Of a DNA stretch of 64,000 nt, positions 28,076 to 37,806 are shown piece by piece (the first letter of the stretch is position 1; every line of letters starts with the position of its first letter). The stretch spans positions 15,206 to 79,205 of the forward strand of contig CAZKIH010000011.1 in assembly GCA_964552775.1 (NCBI GenBank). Direction: 5' to 3'. Origin of the DNA: an uncultured Ignavibacteria bacterium (lineage in GTDB: Bacteria > Zixibacteria > MSB-5A5 > CAIYYT01). The notes beneath the pieces were generated by a model that worked only from the letters and a program-made list of their open reading frames with translations, made no database searches and was not told where the DNA came from. The position numbers were made by a program, and so were the translations under genes.

Positions 28076-29938
28076 ATGAGGGATTTTGATGTAATTGTCA
28101 TTGGTGGAGGCCATGCCGGAATCGAAGCTGCCGCAGCGACTGCCCGCATGGGTGCTTCTACGGCTATAATCAGTGGTGAACTCTCCAAGATCGGTGAAAT
28201 GTCATGCAATCCGGCAATCGGCGGCGTCGGAAAAGGACAACTAGTCCGCGAAATTGATGCTCTCGGTGGACTAATGGGGCACATCACCGATCAAGCCGGA
28301 ATTCACTTCCGAACGCTGAACAAAAGCAAAGGACCTGCTGTCTGGTCTTCGCGGGCTCAATGTGATCGCAGGCTCTATCGAGAGTTCGCTCAGGAGGCAC
28401 TCGCACGACTCAACGGTCTCCATCTCATTGCCGGGATGGTTGTTGGCGTAATCGCAGAAGGTCGGGAATTCAACCGGATCGTCCTCAAGGACGGTCGAGA
28501 CATCTCAGCAAGGGCGTGTGTTCTCGCCTCAGGCACATTTCTTAATGGCCTCATTCACATCGGCGAAGAGCAGATTCCTGCCGGTCGAGTCAATGAGGCG
28601 CCGGCGCTGCATCTCTCGGAATCATTACAAGCTCTGGGCTTTCAGACAGGTAGGCTGAAAACCGGCACACCGCCACGCCTCGAGGGCGAGACGATCGACT
28701 TCAGCAAAATGGAGCCACAGCCCGGCGATGATGATTTCTACCCATTTTCGCTGAGAACACGTGAGTCTGTCAAGAATAGAGCCTTGTGCCATATAACCTA
28801 CACCTCGACGAAGACTCACGCAATTGTCGATGCCAACCTGCATCGCTCTGCAATGTTCTCTGGGAGTATCCAAGGTATCGGACCTCGTTATTGCCCGTCC
28901 ATCGAAGATAAAGTCCATCGGTTCCGTGACAAGGACCGCCATCAATTGTTTATTGAACCTGAGGGCCTTGACACTACTGAAATCTATATAAACGGACTTT
29001 CGACTTCGTTACCGTCGGATGTCCAACTCGATATTCTCCATTCTATTTCCGGCCTTGAAGATGTTGTCATGAAACGCCCCGGGTATGCTATCGAATATGA
29101 CTTCTTTCCTGCCTACCAGATAAAGCCAACGCTCGAGACACGACTAATCGACAATCTGTACTTCTGCGGACAGATCAACGGTACATCTGGATATGAAGAA
29201 GCCGCCGCACAGGGATTAATGGCAGGCATCAATGCAGTTGCTAAGCTTAGGGATAATCCCCAAATAGTATTGGACAGAGCGCAGGCCTATATCGGTGTGA
29301 TGATTGACGATTTGGTCACCCGAGTACCAATGGAGCCTTATCGAATGTTCACGTCGAGAGCTGAATACCGACTTGCACTGCGCGAGGATAACGCCGCCGA
29401 TCGATTGATCAACATTGGAAGAGGCCTCGGGCTGGTCAACAATGAAATGATGGATAGCTTCTTGTCTGGCCGGGACGCCATCGATCAGGAGAGTCGGCGC
29501 CTTCACCAGACATCAGTCCCAGCAGCCTGGGTTGATACGACCGCCAACGGCGACAAACTTCCCATGGGCATCCTGCTCAAGCGGCCAAACGTGACTTATG
29601 ATAACTTCCGGGGCATCGATGAGACTTGCGCTGGATTCCCGAAGAGACTTTCAGAAAAGCTGGAAATCTCAATCAAATACGCTGGTTACATGGAAAAACA
29701 ACAGCGCGAGATTGACCGCTTCCGGCAACTTGAGTCTCGAAAAATACCCGAGAGTTTGGATATTTCCGCGCTTTCAGGTCTGAAGAGAGAAGCGGTAGCT
29801 ACATTGGAAAAATATCACCCAGTCAATCTGGGTCAAGCCTCGCGATTAAACGGAATCACATATTCTGATATCACAGTGCTGATGATTCACTTAAAGCGCC
29901 ACTATGCTGACTCTGTTTCACGTGAAACACCCCAATGA
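28076..29938 (+). CDS. mnmG: tRNA uridine 5-carboxymethylaminomethyl modification enzyme MnmG (GidA)
   Basis: FAD motif VIVIGGGHAGIEAA; full-length GidA. Confidence 0.97.
   Translation: MRDFDVIVIGGGHAGIEAAAATARMGASTAIISGELSKIGEMSCNPAIGGVGKGQLVREIDALGGLMGHITDQAGIHFRTLNKSKGPAVWSSRAQCDRRLYREFAQEALARLNGLHLIAGMVVGVIAEGREFNRIVLKDGRDISARACVLASGTFLNGLIHIGEEQIPAGRVNEAPALHLSESLQALGFQTGRLKTGTPPRLEGETIDFSKMEPQPGDDDFYPFSLRTRESVKNRALCHITYTSTKTHAIVDANLHRSAMFSGSIQGIGPRYCPSIEDKVHRFRDKDRHQLFIEPEGLDTTEIYINGLSTSLPSDVQLDILHSISGLEDVVMKRPGYAIEYDFFPAYQIKPTLETRLIDNLYFCGQINGTSGYEEAAAQGLMAGINAVAKLRDNPQIVLDRAQAYIGVMIDDLVTRVPMEPYRMFTSRAEYRLALREDNAADRLINIGRGLGLVNNEMMDSFLSGRDAIDQESRRLHQTSVPAAWVDTTANGDKLPMGILLKRPNVTYDNFRGIDETCAGFPKRLSEKLEISIKYAGYMEKQQREIDRFRQLESRKIPESLDISALSGLKREAVATLEKYHPVNLGQASRLNGITYSDITVLMIHLKRHYADSVSRETPQ
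29914..29929. promoter_or_regulatory. Perfect parS site TGTTTCACGTGAAACA embedded in the last codons of mnmG
   Basis: Exact 16/16 match to the parS consensus. Encodes ...SVSRETP... of MnmG, 6 nt before the rsmG start. Confidence 0.7.
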
Positions 29939-30558
29939 CCCTTGAGCCGGTCTGGAAAAACCTCCTCGTCGAGTCCTTGCCATCACGCATTGCGGATCCT
30001 GAATCGTTGATCAATCGATTTCGAGGTTATCTCCTCGAAGTTAACGTGCACATCAATCTGATTGCGCGCACCGACACAAGCAGCATCATCGACGGGCTGA
30101 TCTTTGACTCCTTATCAATGCTGAGACATATCAACTACTCTGGCGGCGCATTGGTATTGGACATTGGGTCCGGCGCCGGATTCCCCTGGGTCCTCCACAA
30201 GTTGATGCGGCCTGACCTCCGCATCGTAAGTGTCGATTCGAATCGCCGCAAAATAGAATTCCAGCGGAATGTGTGCCGACTGATAGGCCTCGAAAACTGC
30301 AGATTAGTTGCCGACCGAATTGAGAGCCTTGCCCCCCTCGGTGCAGACTTCGCCATAGCAAAAGCGGTTGGTACAATCGACCAAATCAGCCATCTCGCAG
30401 CACCCCATCTCAAGCAGGGAGCTTTCCTCGTCCTTCCCAGAGGAATTTCTGAACCACACTTTCAGCCAATTCCCGGTTTCCTTCTGAAAAGCTCGTTCGA
30501 GTACCAAAGTTCGCCTAATGGCCGGTTCTCCAGCCTGGTTACTCTCGAGAAATCGTAA
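29935..30558 (+). CDS. rsmG: 16S rRNA (guanine527-N7)-methyltransferase RsmG (GidB)
   Basis: SAM-binding motif LDIGSGAGFP. Confidence 0.9.
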   Translation: MTLEPVWKNLLVESLPSRIADPESLINRFRGYLLEVNVHINLIARTDTSSIIDGLIFDSLSMLRHINYSGGALVLDIGSGAGFPWVLHKLMRPDLRIVSVDSNRRKIEFQRNVCRLIGLENCRLVADRIESLAPLGADFAIAKAVGTIDQISHLAAPHLKQGAFLVLPRGISEPHFQPIPGFLLKSSFEYQSSPNGRFSSLVTLEKS

Positions 30559-30652
30559 AGTCTATCCGTTCTTTGACAAGTTTTTATTGCGAAATGTCTG
30601 TATAATCATAAATTAGCAATCGCGAACGGACTCGTGTAATCAGGAGGGATTT

Positions 30653-31411
30653 CTGGCAAAAATATTCGCCGTGGTCAATCAGAAGGGCGGCGTCGGTAAG
30701 ACGACCACTGCCATCAATCTTTCCGCCTGTATCGCAATCGCTGAAAAGTCAACCCTACTCGTCGACCTGGATCCCCAGTCAAATGCTACTTCCGGAATGG
30801 GTGTCGACAAAAGAAATCTCGCCGTCTCCATTTATGACGTCCTGAACGACGACAAGAGTGTCGAGGAAGTCATTCTCAAGACCAACATCAAGTACCTGGA
30901 CTTAATACCGGCCAATATCAACCTGGTGGCGGCTGAGCTTGAGTTGGTTGAACGCAATGGTCGTGAGACAATCCTGCGAGATAAGTTGGCGGCAATTAAG
31001 GACTACTATGACTACATTGTGATCGATTGTCCACCATCATTAGGACTTCTAACATTGAATGCGCTGGTTGCCGCCGACCACCTCCTGATCCCCATTCAGG
31101 CCGAATACTACGCGCTCGAGGGGCTCGGTCAGCTGATCAGTACGATTGGATTGGTGCAACAAAATCTCAATCGCAATTTGACGATAGGTGGAATTCTCAT
31201 CACAATGTTCGACCCGCGCCTGAACCTTGCTCGTCAGGTCGTGGAAGAAACTCGGAATCATTTCAAGGACAAAGTCTTTGCTACGATAATCAACCGCAAT
31301 GTCCGCCTTGGCGAGGCGCCGTCTTTCGGCAAGCCGATCATCCTGTATGATATCGGTTCAACCGGAGCTGAGAACTACATCTCGCTGACGGAGGAGGTCT
31401 TACGGATATGA
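30653..31411 (+). CDS. parA: Chromosome partitioning ATPase ParA/Soj (start uncertain; likely non-ATG)
   Basis: Deviant Walker A NQKGGVGKTTTAINLSA. Strong SD AGGAGGG at 30642-30648; in-frame CTG at 30653 and GTG at 30671 are the start candidates. Confidence 0.85.
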   Translation: MAKIFAVVNQKGGVGKTTTAINLSACIAIAEKSTLLVDLDPQSNATSGMGVDKRNLAVSIYDVLNDDKSVEEVILKTNIKYLDLIPANINLVAAELELVERNGRETILRDKLAAIKDYYDYIVIDCPPSLGLLTLNALVAADHLLIPIQAEYYALEGLGQLISTIGLVQQNLNRNLTIGGILITMFDPRLNLARQVVEETRNHFKDKVFATIINRNVRLGEAPSFGKPIILYDIGSTGAENYISLTEEVLRI

Positions 31412-32292
31412 AAAAACCGGCACTCGGAAAAGGTCTGTCGGCGCTGATTCCTACCGCTCTATACGCGCCGGCGGTACCGGAGATGCATCCTGAGCCTGAA
31501 CACGGCGACAGGTTTGTGATGGTCTCGCTTGACAAGTTGATCGCCAATCCAAATCAGCCGCGCAAGTATTTCGCGGAGGAGAAATTGAGTCAGCTTGCAG
31601 ATTCCATCGCCCAAAAAGGAGTGCTGCAGCCGATCCTCGTGCGCCAGATCAACGGTAAATTCCAGATCGTCGCCGGTGAACGGCGCTTTCGTGCTGCCGA
31701 ACGACTCGGCTTGGCGGAAGTCCCGGCTCGGATCGTCGAGCACTTGGATGATCGCGACATGCTCGAGATTTCCATTGTCGAAAACCTGCAGCGCGATGAT
31801 CTCAATCCTCTGGAATTGGCGGAGGGCTATCAACGCCTCGTAACGGAATTCAGCTTGACCCAGGTCGAGCTTTCCACCCGAGTTGGTAAGGACCGCTCTT
31901 CGGTCGCCAACACGTTACGGTTGCTGAATCTCCCAAATGAAGTGAAAGCAAGAATAGCTACGGGTGAACTGAAGGAAGGTCACGCGCGCGCGATCCTCGC
32001 CTTGGAGACTGAAAAAGAGCAGTTGGAGCTTGCGCGTAAAATCATCGAAGAAGATTTGACCGTCCGGGCAATCGAAGAGATCATCTACGGCGGGCAGCGC
32101 AAGAAGCGGGGACGCAGCTTGAAACTGAAAACTCGCCCAATTGAAATTTCACAAGCCGAAACTGCGCTCAAACGCAGACTTGGTACCGCGGTGACAATTC
32201 AGCGCGGTCTGAAACGCGGGAAAATCACCATTCAATTCTATGGCGATTCCGATCTGACGCGCATCCTCGAACTCCTGGGAGTTGAACTCTAA
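31408..32292 (+). CDS. parB: Chromosome partitioning protein ParB/Spo0J
   Basis: ParB box GERRFRAAE; HTH; C-terminal dimerisation domain. Confidence 0.95.
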   Translation: MKKPALGKGLSALIPTALYAPAVPEMHPEPEHGDRFVMVSLDKLIANPNQPRKYFAEEKLSQLADSIAQKGVLQPILVRQINGKFQIVAGERRFRAAERLGLAEVPARIVEHLDDRDMLEISIVENLQRDDLNPLELAEGYQRLVTEFSLTQVELSTRVGKDRSSVANTLRLLNLPNEVKARIATGELKEGHARAILALETEKEQLELARKIIEEDLTVRAIEEIIYGGQRKKRGRSLKLKTRPIEISQAETALKRRLGTAVTIQRGLKRGKITIQFYGDSDLTRILELLGVEL

Positions 32293-33117
32293 ATGTCGAG
32301 AAGCGATCAACAGATTACGTTGATGCTGATCTTTGAGACCGGCAAGTCGCCCCTGACTCTGAAATTCTCTCGGCTGCTGTACTATACCGTGCTGGGTGTT
32401 ATTGCGCTTTTGATCATCATCTCGATTGTCGGGACCTTCACCTATGCACGCTTGCTGGTGCATTCCAGCGAGCGGGAACAACTCACACAGGAAAACGAAG
32501 AACTGCGTCGCCTGAATTCAAAAGTTGTATTATTAGAAAGTAATCTTCAGGCGTATCGAGACATGCTCAGTCAGGTCGCCACTCTGGCAGGAATTGACTT
32601 GAGCCAGTATGGGATGCAGATTCCAACCGAAGGAGGCGAAGTAGCTGGGTCGAATCAGCTCCCGCGGGAGCCGGCCCTGATCACGGACCAGGCTGATCTC
32701 AATGCAGGGCCTGTCAGCGAGCCGAAAGGCCTGCCGGTACAGGGCTTTGTCTCACGCACATTTCGGCCAACTGCGGATAACCCGAGAACACGCCATCTGG
32801 GAATCGATCTGGCAGTAAAGAAAGGAACCCGCGTTATTGCCACGGCAGACGGTGAAGTAACTTTCGCCGGATGGGATGACGCTTTTGGCTGGAAGGTTGT
32901 ATTGAAACACCCGAACAATGTCGAAACTATGTATGGACACAACGACTCGATATTAGTCGCCATTGGTCAACACGTTCGTTACGGTCAGACGATTGCACTC
33001 TCGGGCAGCACTGGAGTCAGCACTGCACCGCATGTCCATTATGAACTTCGCGTTGACGGACTACCTGTTAATCCGGAAGAATATTATGGCAAAGACAATA
33101 ATTCCAAATCTCATTAA
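32293..33117 (+). CDS. M23 family metallopeptidase with N-terminal TM anchor and coiled coil
   Basis: HLGIDLA..., GYG..., and HVHYELR zinc-ligand motifs. Confidence 0.85.
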   Translation: MSRSDQQITLMLIFETGKSPLTLKFSRLLYYTVLGVIALLIIISIVGTFTYARLLVHSSEREQLTQENEELRRLNSKVVLLESNLQAYRDMLSQVATLAGIDLSQYGMQIPTEGGEVAGSNQLPREPALITDQADLNAGPVSEPKGLPVQGFVSRTFRPTADNPRTRHLGIDLAVKKGTRVIATADGEVTFAGWDDAFGWKVVLKHPNNVETMYGHNDSILVAIGQHVRYGQTIALSGSTGVSTAPHVHYELRVDGLPVNPEEYYGKDNNSKSH

Positions 33118-33130
33118 AGGAGAAGAGACG

Positions 33131-33511
33131 ATGGCAGAAAATCTGAGCACCATCATCGGAAAGGATAGTGTTTTCACTGGAACCATGGAGGTGAAGGGCA
33201 CTCTTCGCGTCGACGGCAAATTGAAAGGCAAAATCGTATCGGATGAAACTGTCTCTATCGGATCGACGGGTGAGGTCGAGGCAGACATTGAGGCCAAGAT
33301 CGTGATCGTTTCCGGTACGGTTGTCGGAAACATCCATTCCTCGGAAAAAACCGAAATGCAGGCTAAAGCCAAGGTAGTAGGTGACTTAGTCACAAAAAGC
33401 ATCGTCATCGAGCAAGGTGCCATATTTCATGGCTCATGCCAGATGAAAGGCCTAAAAGAATTCGACCAGAAACCCGATAATAAGATGGTAGATAAGAAAC
33501 CGCAACTCTAA
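33131..33511 (+). CDS. Bactofilin (CcmA/DUF583 beta-helical cytoskeletal protein)
   Basis: Repetitive beta-helix segments (VFTGTMEVKGTLRVDGKLKGKIV...). RBS AAGGAGAAGAG before ATG 33131, an internal Met of the 32963 ORF. Confidence 0.8.
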   Translation: MAENLSTIIGKDSVFTGTMEVKGTLRVDGKLKGKIVSDETVSIGSTGEVEADIEAKIVIVSGTVVGNIHSSEKTEMQAKAKVVGDLVTKSIVIEQGAIFHGSCQMKGLKEFDQKPDNKMVDKKPQL

Positions 33512-33678
33512 TCAAGTTGTAACAGTTTGCCTGTGTGGATAACGTGAGCAACAATGTGGAAATTGTTGTAACGTATTGGAAGATAGCATAATGCGGTCTG
33601 GACTTAACGATACGATTTAAGGGTTATCCACAAGAGCTTGATTTAAGAATGTTTAGATTTCTGTAAGGCGGATTCACT
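33512..33678. promoter_or_regulatory. Intergenic DnaA-box cluster (alternative oriC candidate / DnaA-regulated promoter)
   Basis: Perfect TGTGGATAA at 33534-33542. TGTGGAAAT at 33555-33563. Perfect TTATCCACA at 33624-33632. AT-rich. Confidence 0.45.
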
Positions 33679-34383
33679 TTGGGCACATTCTTTCTCACAG
33701 CCGGGACAGTTTTGTTCTTCGTCGGTCTCGGATGTCTACTATTTGTGTTTGTCTCTATCGCTCGCCGACTGAGAGACAATATTACTACATCGGTCTACTT
33801 TAGAAGCAAGCGCTCTGCGAGGCCATGGATTCTCTCAGGTGCCGGAATTCTGTTGATCGCCATTGCTCAGTGTTTCTACTGGTTCAACAATGAAGTGGAA
33901 CGCTTCATTCCTTTTAATGCTGACACGCCCCAGGCGCAGATAAGCTTTCTTTATGAAGAATACAAACAACCTCGCCTTGTCGTCCAAGTTACTGATAGCA
34001 ACAATTTGACTACTTCACAAATGGTTCCCTTTACGGCAGACAGCGTCGCACTCGGAGTTGAGATTGTTCATTGGAAGAAAGTTTGCCAGGTGATTGGACT
34101 CAAGGACTGCTATCGCATCAACGGCATCTACTATCTGAGCGGAGCCGGCGACACGCTACTGACATTATCGCGAATCCCAAATCATGAGTTGAATGGCGGA
34201 CAGTCGGGGTTTGTCGGATTGGTGCAGGCGATCGGCTCAGCGTTTCCGGGTGAGCTGAAGTTGTACCTCTCGCAGCCGATCGTAACGGATGGCAGCTCCA
34301 GATATTTGACACAGATTGCCTGGGATGCTGTTACCACCACTCGTTTGATTGACAAACCAACCGCCGTGAATTATCCTCGTTAA
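33679..34383 (+). CDS. Hypothetical membrane-anchored protein (TTG start)
   Basis: Two N-terminal TM helices; no recognisable domain. Confidence 0.4.
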   Translation: MGTFFLTAGTVLFFVGLGCLLFVFVSIARRLRDNITTSVYFRSKRSARPWILSGAGILLIAIAQCFYWFNNEVERFIPFNADTPQAQISFLYEEYKQPRLVVQVTDSNNLTTSQMVPFTADSVALGVEIVHWKKVCQVIGLKDCYRINGIYYLSGAGDTLLTLSRIPNHELNGGQSGFVGLVQAIGSAFPGELKLYLSQPIVTDGSSRYLTQIAWDAVTTTRLIDKPTAVNYPR

Positions 34384-34522
34384 CTGAAAACAATTTGGGC
34401 ACTATGGCCGCTTATCCGTATAAGCGATTATGGCGCGTGCGACTTTCAGACCAGGCTCGTACTGTCTGTAAAACCATCATTGTCGCAGTCTTGAATCAAT
34501 ACGGCACCGGTCGGAGGAGCAG

Positions 34523-35527
34523 ATGACAGATCAGATAAGAGAGTCCGCAGACTTGCAGGCGGTAGAAAGACTAAGAGACGCCCGGGCAAGAATCAAGGCC
34601 GAGGTAGGGAAGGTCATTATTGGACAAGATCGTGTCATCGACGAGCTACTTATCGCCCTCCTTTCAAATGGCCACTGCCTGCTTGTCGGGGTGCCCGGAT
34701 TGGCGAAGACCCTGCTGATATCCACCTTGGCACGCGTTCTTGACCTGAAATTTTCACGCATCCAGTTCACTCCCGACCTTATGCCTTCTGATATCACGGG
34801 AACTGAAATCCTCGAGGAAAACAAATCAACCGGACAGCGCGATTTCAGATTCGTGAAGGGACCAGTCTTTGCAAATATCGTTCTGGCCGATGAAGTCAAC
34901 CGTACGCCACCCAAAACCCAGGCAGCGCTCTTGCAGGCAATGCAAGAGCACGAGGTCACAGCGTCTGGCCATACCTTCAAACTTGAGGAGCCATTCTTCG
35001 TTCTCGCGACTCAGAACCCGATCGAGCAAGAAGGAACCTATCCACTGCCGGAAGCTCAACTGGACCGTTTCATGTTTAACATCTTCGTAGACTATCCCTC
35101 TTATGATGAAGAGCATGCTATTGTAAAATCCACGACCGCAGTCATGCGGCATGAGTTGGGCAAAGTCATGAGCGGAGTCGATATTCAGCAGCTCCAACAG
35201 CTCGTGCGCAAGGTCCCGGTCTCGGATCACGTGATTGATTATGCCATCAAGCTTGTCCGAGCGACCCGTCGTACCGAGGCCCAGGTCCGTGACTACATCG
35301 CCAACTGGGTCACCTGGGGCGCTGGTCCCCGTGCTTCGCAGTACCTGATTCTTGGTGCCAAGACCAATGCAATACTCAACGGACGTTATACTCCTTCAAT
35401 TGAAGATGTTCAGTATGTCGCCAGACCGGTTCTTCGGCACCGGATTGTGACATCATTCAATGCCGAGGCTGACGGTGTCGATGCACTGCAGATCATTGAC
35501 AAATTGCTTGCAGACGTGAAAGAATAA
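34523..35527 (+). CDS. MoxR-family AAA+ ATPase
   Basis: Walker A VGVPGLAKTLL; Walker B/sensor VLADEVNRTPPKTQAALLQAMQE. Confidence 0.9.
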   Translation: MTDQIRESADLQAVERLRDARARIKAEVGKVIIGQDRVIDELLIALLSNGHCLLVGVPGLAKTLLISTLARVLDLKFSRIQFTPDLMPSDITGTEILEENKSTGQRDFRFVKGPVFANIVLADEVNRTPPKTQAALLQAMQEHEVTASGHTFKLEEPFFVLATQNPIEQEGTYPLPEAQLDRFMFNIFVDYPSYDEEHAIVKSTTAVMRHELGKVMSGVDIQQLQQLVRKVPVSDHVIDYAIKLVRATRRTEAQVRDYIANWVTWGAGPRASQYLILGAKTNAILNGRYTPSIEDVQYVARPVLRHRIVTSFNAEADGVDALQIIDKLLADVKE

Positions 35528-35654
35528 CGGGCACTCTACCGTCTCTCTCGGATATGTCCGGTAAGACAGAATTCGTAACGAATCTACCGAGATAACCTGA
35601 TATTCCTGAACATTCTGATCACACCCACGCAATTTATTCGTATATTCTCCCCCT

Positions 35655-36275
35655 TTGACCTTCCCTTATCTCTCTAACAAGGAGTCACTTGTGACAATCA
35701 TTCAAAAACTCCGTTTCTGGGGTACCAAAGTGTCCGCGGCAATTCTCGTGTTCGGCCTTGTCGCTGGCATTGCCTGCGGTCAAAGCGCCGGAGACAACTC
35801 CCGGACAATCGTGGAAGACTACTTCAAGGCGGCGCGCGCCGGTGATTGGAGCGCTTGTGCTCTGACCGTACATCCCACGGATCTCGGCAAATTCAAGGGA
35901 ACATTGGTTCCGCTTCTGACCAATATCAAAGATTCAGGTAATCCCGCCGACCCGCTTCTCCCATTCTTCACCGATACCAAGGACTGGGAGGGTATCTTTG
36001 CCAAGGATTCTGTCGTCTTTTTCTCAAGCACAATGAGCTGGATCTCCAGCCTGGCGCCGCAGATCGGAATGATAATGGGCGGAAATGAAGTGCAATTTGT
36101 AGGCTCAGTTGACGAAGGAAAAGAAACTCGACACTTCGTCTTCCATATGAAATTGCAGCCTGACGATACGGAATCATCCACTGACGTCATCACCGTGCGC
36201 AAATCCGACGGTAAGTGGCTGGTGATAATGGGCGGGACCATAAATCAACTTGCTGGCCTTTTCCGAAGAGGATAG
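35655..36275 (+). CDS. Hypothetical secreted protein; paralog of the ORF at 63282-63866
   Basis: Signal-peptide-like N-terminus. C-terminal region ...HFVFHMK...VITVRKSDGKWLVI... is shared with the 63282-63866 ORF. Confidence 0.5.
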   Translation: MTFPYLSNKESLVTIIQKLRFWGTKVSAAILVFGLVAGIACGQSAGDNSRTIVEDYFKAARAGDWSACALTVHPTDLGKFKGTLVPLLTNIKDSGNPADPLLPFFTDTKDWEGIFAKDSVVFFSSTMSWISSLAPQIGMIMGGNEVQFVGSVDEGKETRHFVFHMKLQPDDTESSTDVITVRKSDGKWLVIMGGTINQLAGLFRRG

Positions 36276-36380
36276 CCAGTCAGTCGTTGTTAGTGTCTTG
36301 AAACTCGGCCTGGTTCTGATTGGGGCCCTCCACCGGGACCGCTGTGCAGATTTTCGAATCGACCAGGTTGCTGCCGCTTG

Positions 36381-37649
36381 CTACCTCACTGGAGCCGGCG
36401 TAAAAAGACACCCCGGGATTTCGTGGCGGCCGCTCCAGTAATTGATCAAAGCGACAATATCGGTGATGTTGAATCGTCGATTGCAGTCGCAGTCAATTGG
36501 GTAGAATGGGCAACCGATTGGCGAGCCAAGGAAAATGATGTTCACCAGAGTGGTTGCATCGGCCAGATTGACGCGACCGTCGCTGGTAGGATCTCCAACT
36601 CGATACTGATACTCAAACATACCGATATCTTCACGTGCTCCACCCTCAGGATAGGAATTGGGAATTGCAGTCCCTGCGTCAATAAGCCTCGAATCGCAGC
36701 GTAAACTAAAATCACTCAGAGCTGCATTCGAATAGCCGGGCTCCTTCAAGATATTGGAGTAATTATCAGCTGAATCGAGGTTGAAGTTCTTGGTTTTGCT
36801 GATGTCGCCCATATCTGGTTCTCCGCAGCCGAGGAAATTCTTGGTCTGATTCTGATAGAAATTGCAGTTATTGATCTGCCAAATTCCGCCGCTGCAATAG
36901 ACGCCACCACAAACACTGGAAGTATTGTCGGTGATGCTGGAATTCGAGACGGTGACAAATGATCCTTTCATAAATATCGCCCCGCCAGAGCCATCGGCGT
37001 CATTCGAATAAATGACGTTGTGATTGATGAGCATTTCGGAGCTTTCAATCCAAATTCCACCGCCATCGAGAGCAGAATTGTGAACGATGGCATTGTTCTC
37101 GATGATCGGTTTGGAAAACCTGACAGCAATACCGGCGCCAACGAGCGCACTGTTGTTGCGAATGATATTCCACTGAATCTTTGGTCCGCTTGTGTTTGCT
37201 ACGAGAATGCCCCCACCAGCGAAAGACCCGGGAACCAACGTGCCTATGCCATTCTGGAGCGTGAATCCGCACAAAACAGCAAGAGAGTCTTCGCGTGAGA
37301 TGAATCGCGCAACCGATCCGGAATCCGAAAACGTCGAGCGGCTGCCATCAATGATGGTCTGCTTGATGATATCAATGCTCTGAGTGAGGAGAAACTGCGA
37401 TGCGACCGTTATTCGCTTGCCGCGGAAATCAATATTCTCGAAATAGGTTCCGGCTGATACCAACACCGTGTCCCGGTCAATCGCAGCACCAATCGCGGAC
37501 TGAATGGTCGCGTAACCGGAGGGCACATTTAGTATGCGTGCATTTAGCTGGGGACAAATAAACCCAACCGCCGATGCTAAGAAAAGCAAGACACGAAACA
37601 ACACTAACTTCTCCCTATCGGCCAGTAGGGTCGCGCACAATCTAACCAA
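36381..37649 (-). CDS. Secreted right-handed parallel beta-helix (pectate-lyase-like) protein with C-terminal dockerin-like repeats
   Basis: Signal peptide. Repeated PbH1-type NxxI/GGG segments. C-terminal ...TSDGRVNLADATTLVNIIF... and ...NRRFNITDIVALINYW... Confidence 0.6.
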   Translation of the reverse strand: MVRLCATLLADREKLVLFRVLLFLASAVGFICPQLNARILNVPSGYATIQSAIGAAIDRDTVLVSAGTYFENIDFRGKRITVASQFLLTQSIDIIKQTIIDGSRSTFSDSGSVARFISREDSLAVLCGFTLQNGIGTLVPGSFAGGGILVANTSGPKIQWNIIRNNSALVGAGIAVRFSKPIIENNAIVHNSALDGGGIWIESSEMLINHNVIYSNDADGSGGAIFMKGSFVTVSNSSITDNTSSVCGGVYCSGGIWQINNCNFYQNQTKNFLGCGEPDMGDISKTKNFNLDSADNYSNILKEPGYSNAALSDFSLRCDSRLIDAGTAIPNSYPEGGAREDIGMFEYQYRVGDPTSDGRVNLADATTLVNIIFLGSPIGCPFYPIDCDCNRRFNITDIVALINYWSGRHEIPGCLFTPAPVR

Positions 37650-37806
37650 ACTTCAGCTTTTTCCAAGTACTAATAGTCAGCCATCGAAGAAATTGGGACG
37701 TATTCAATGTCCAGTTCGACACCATCGATGAGTTGGTCCGATAGCGTTCTGGGAAGTAAAACCGAAGTGATTTCTCACTTCAATCAGTAATCAGCGGCAA
37801 GCCAAG

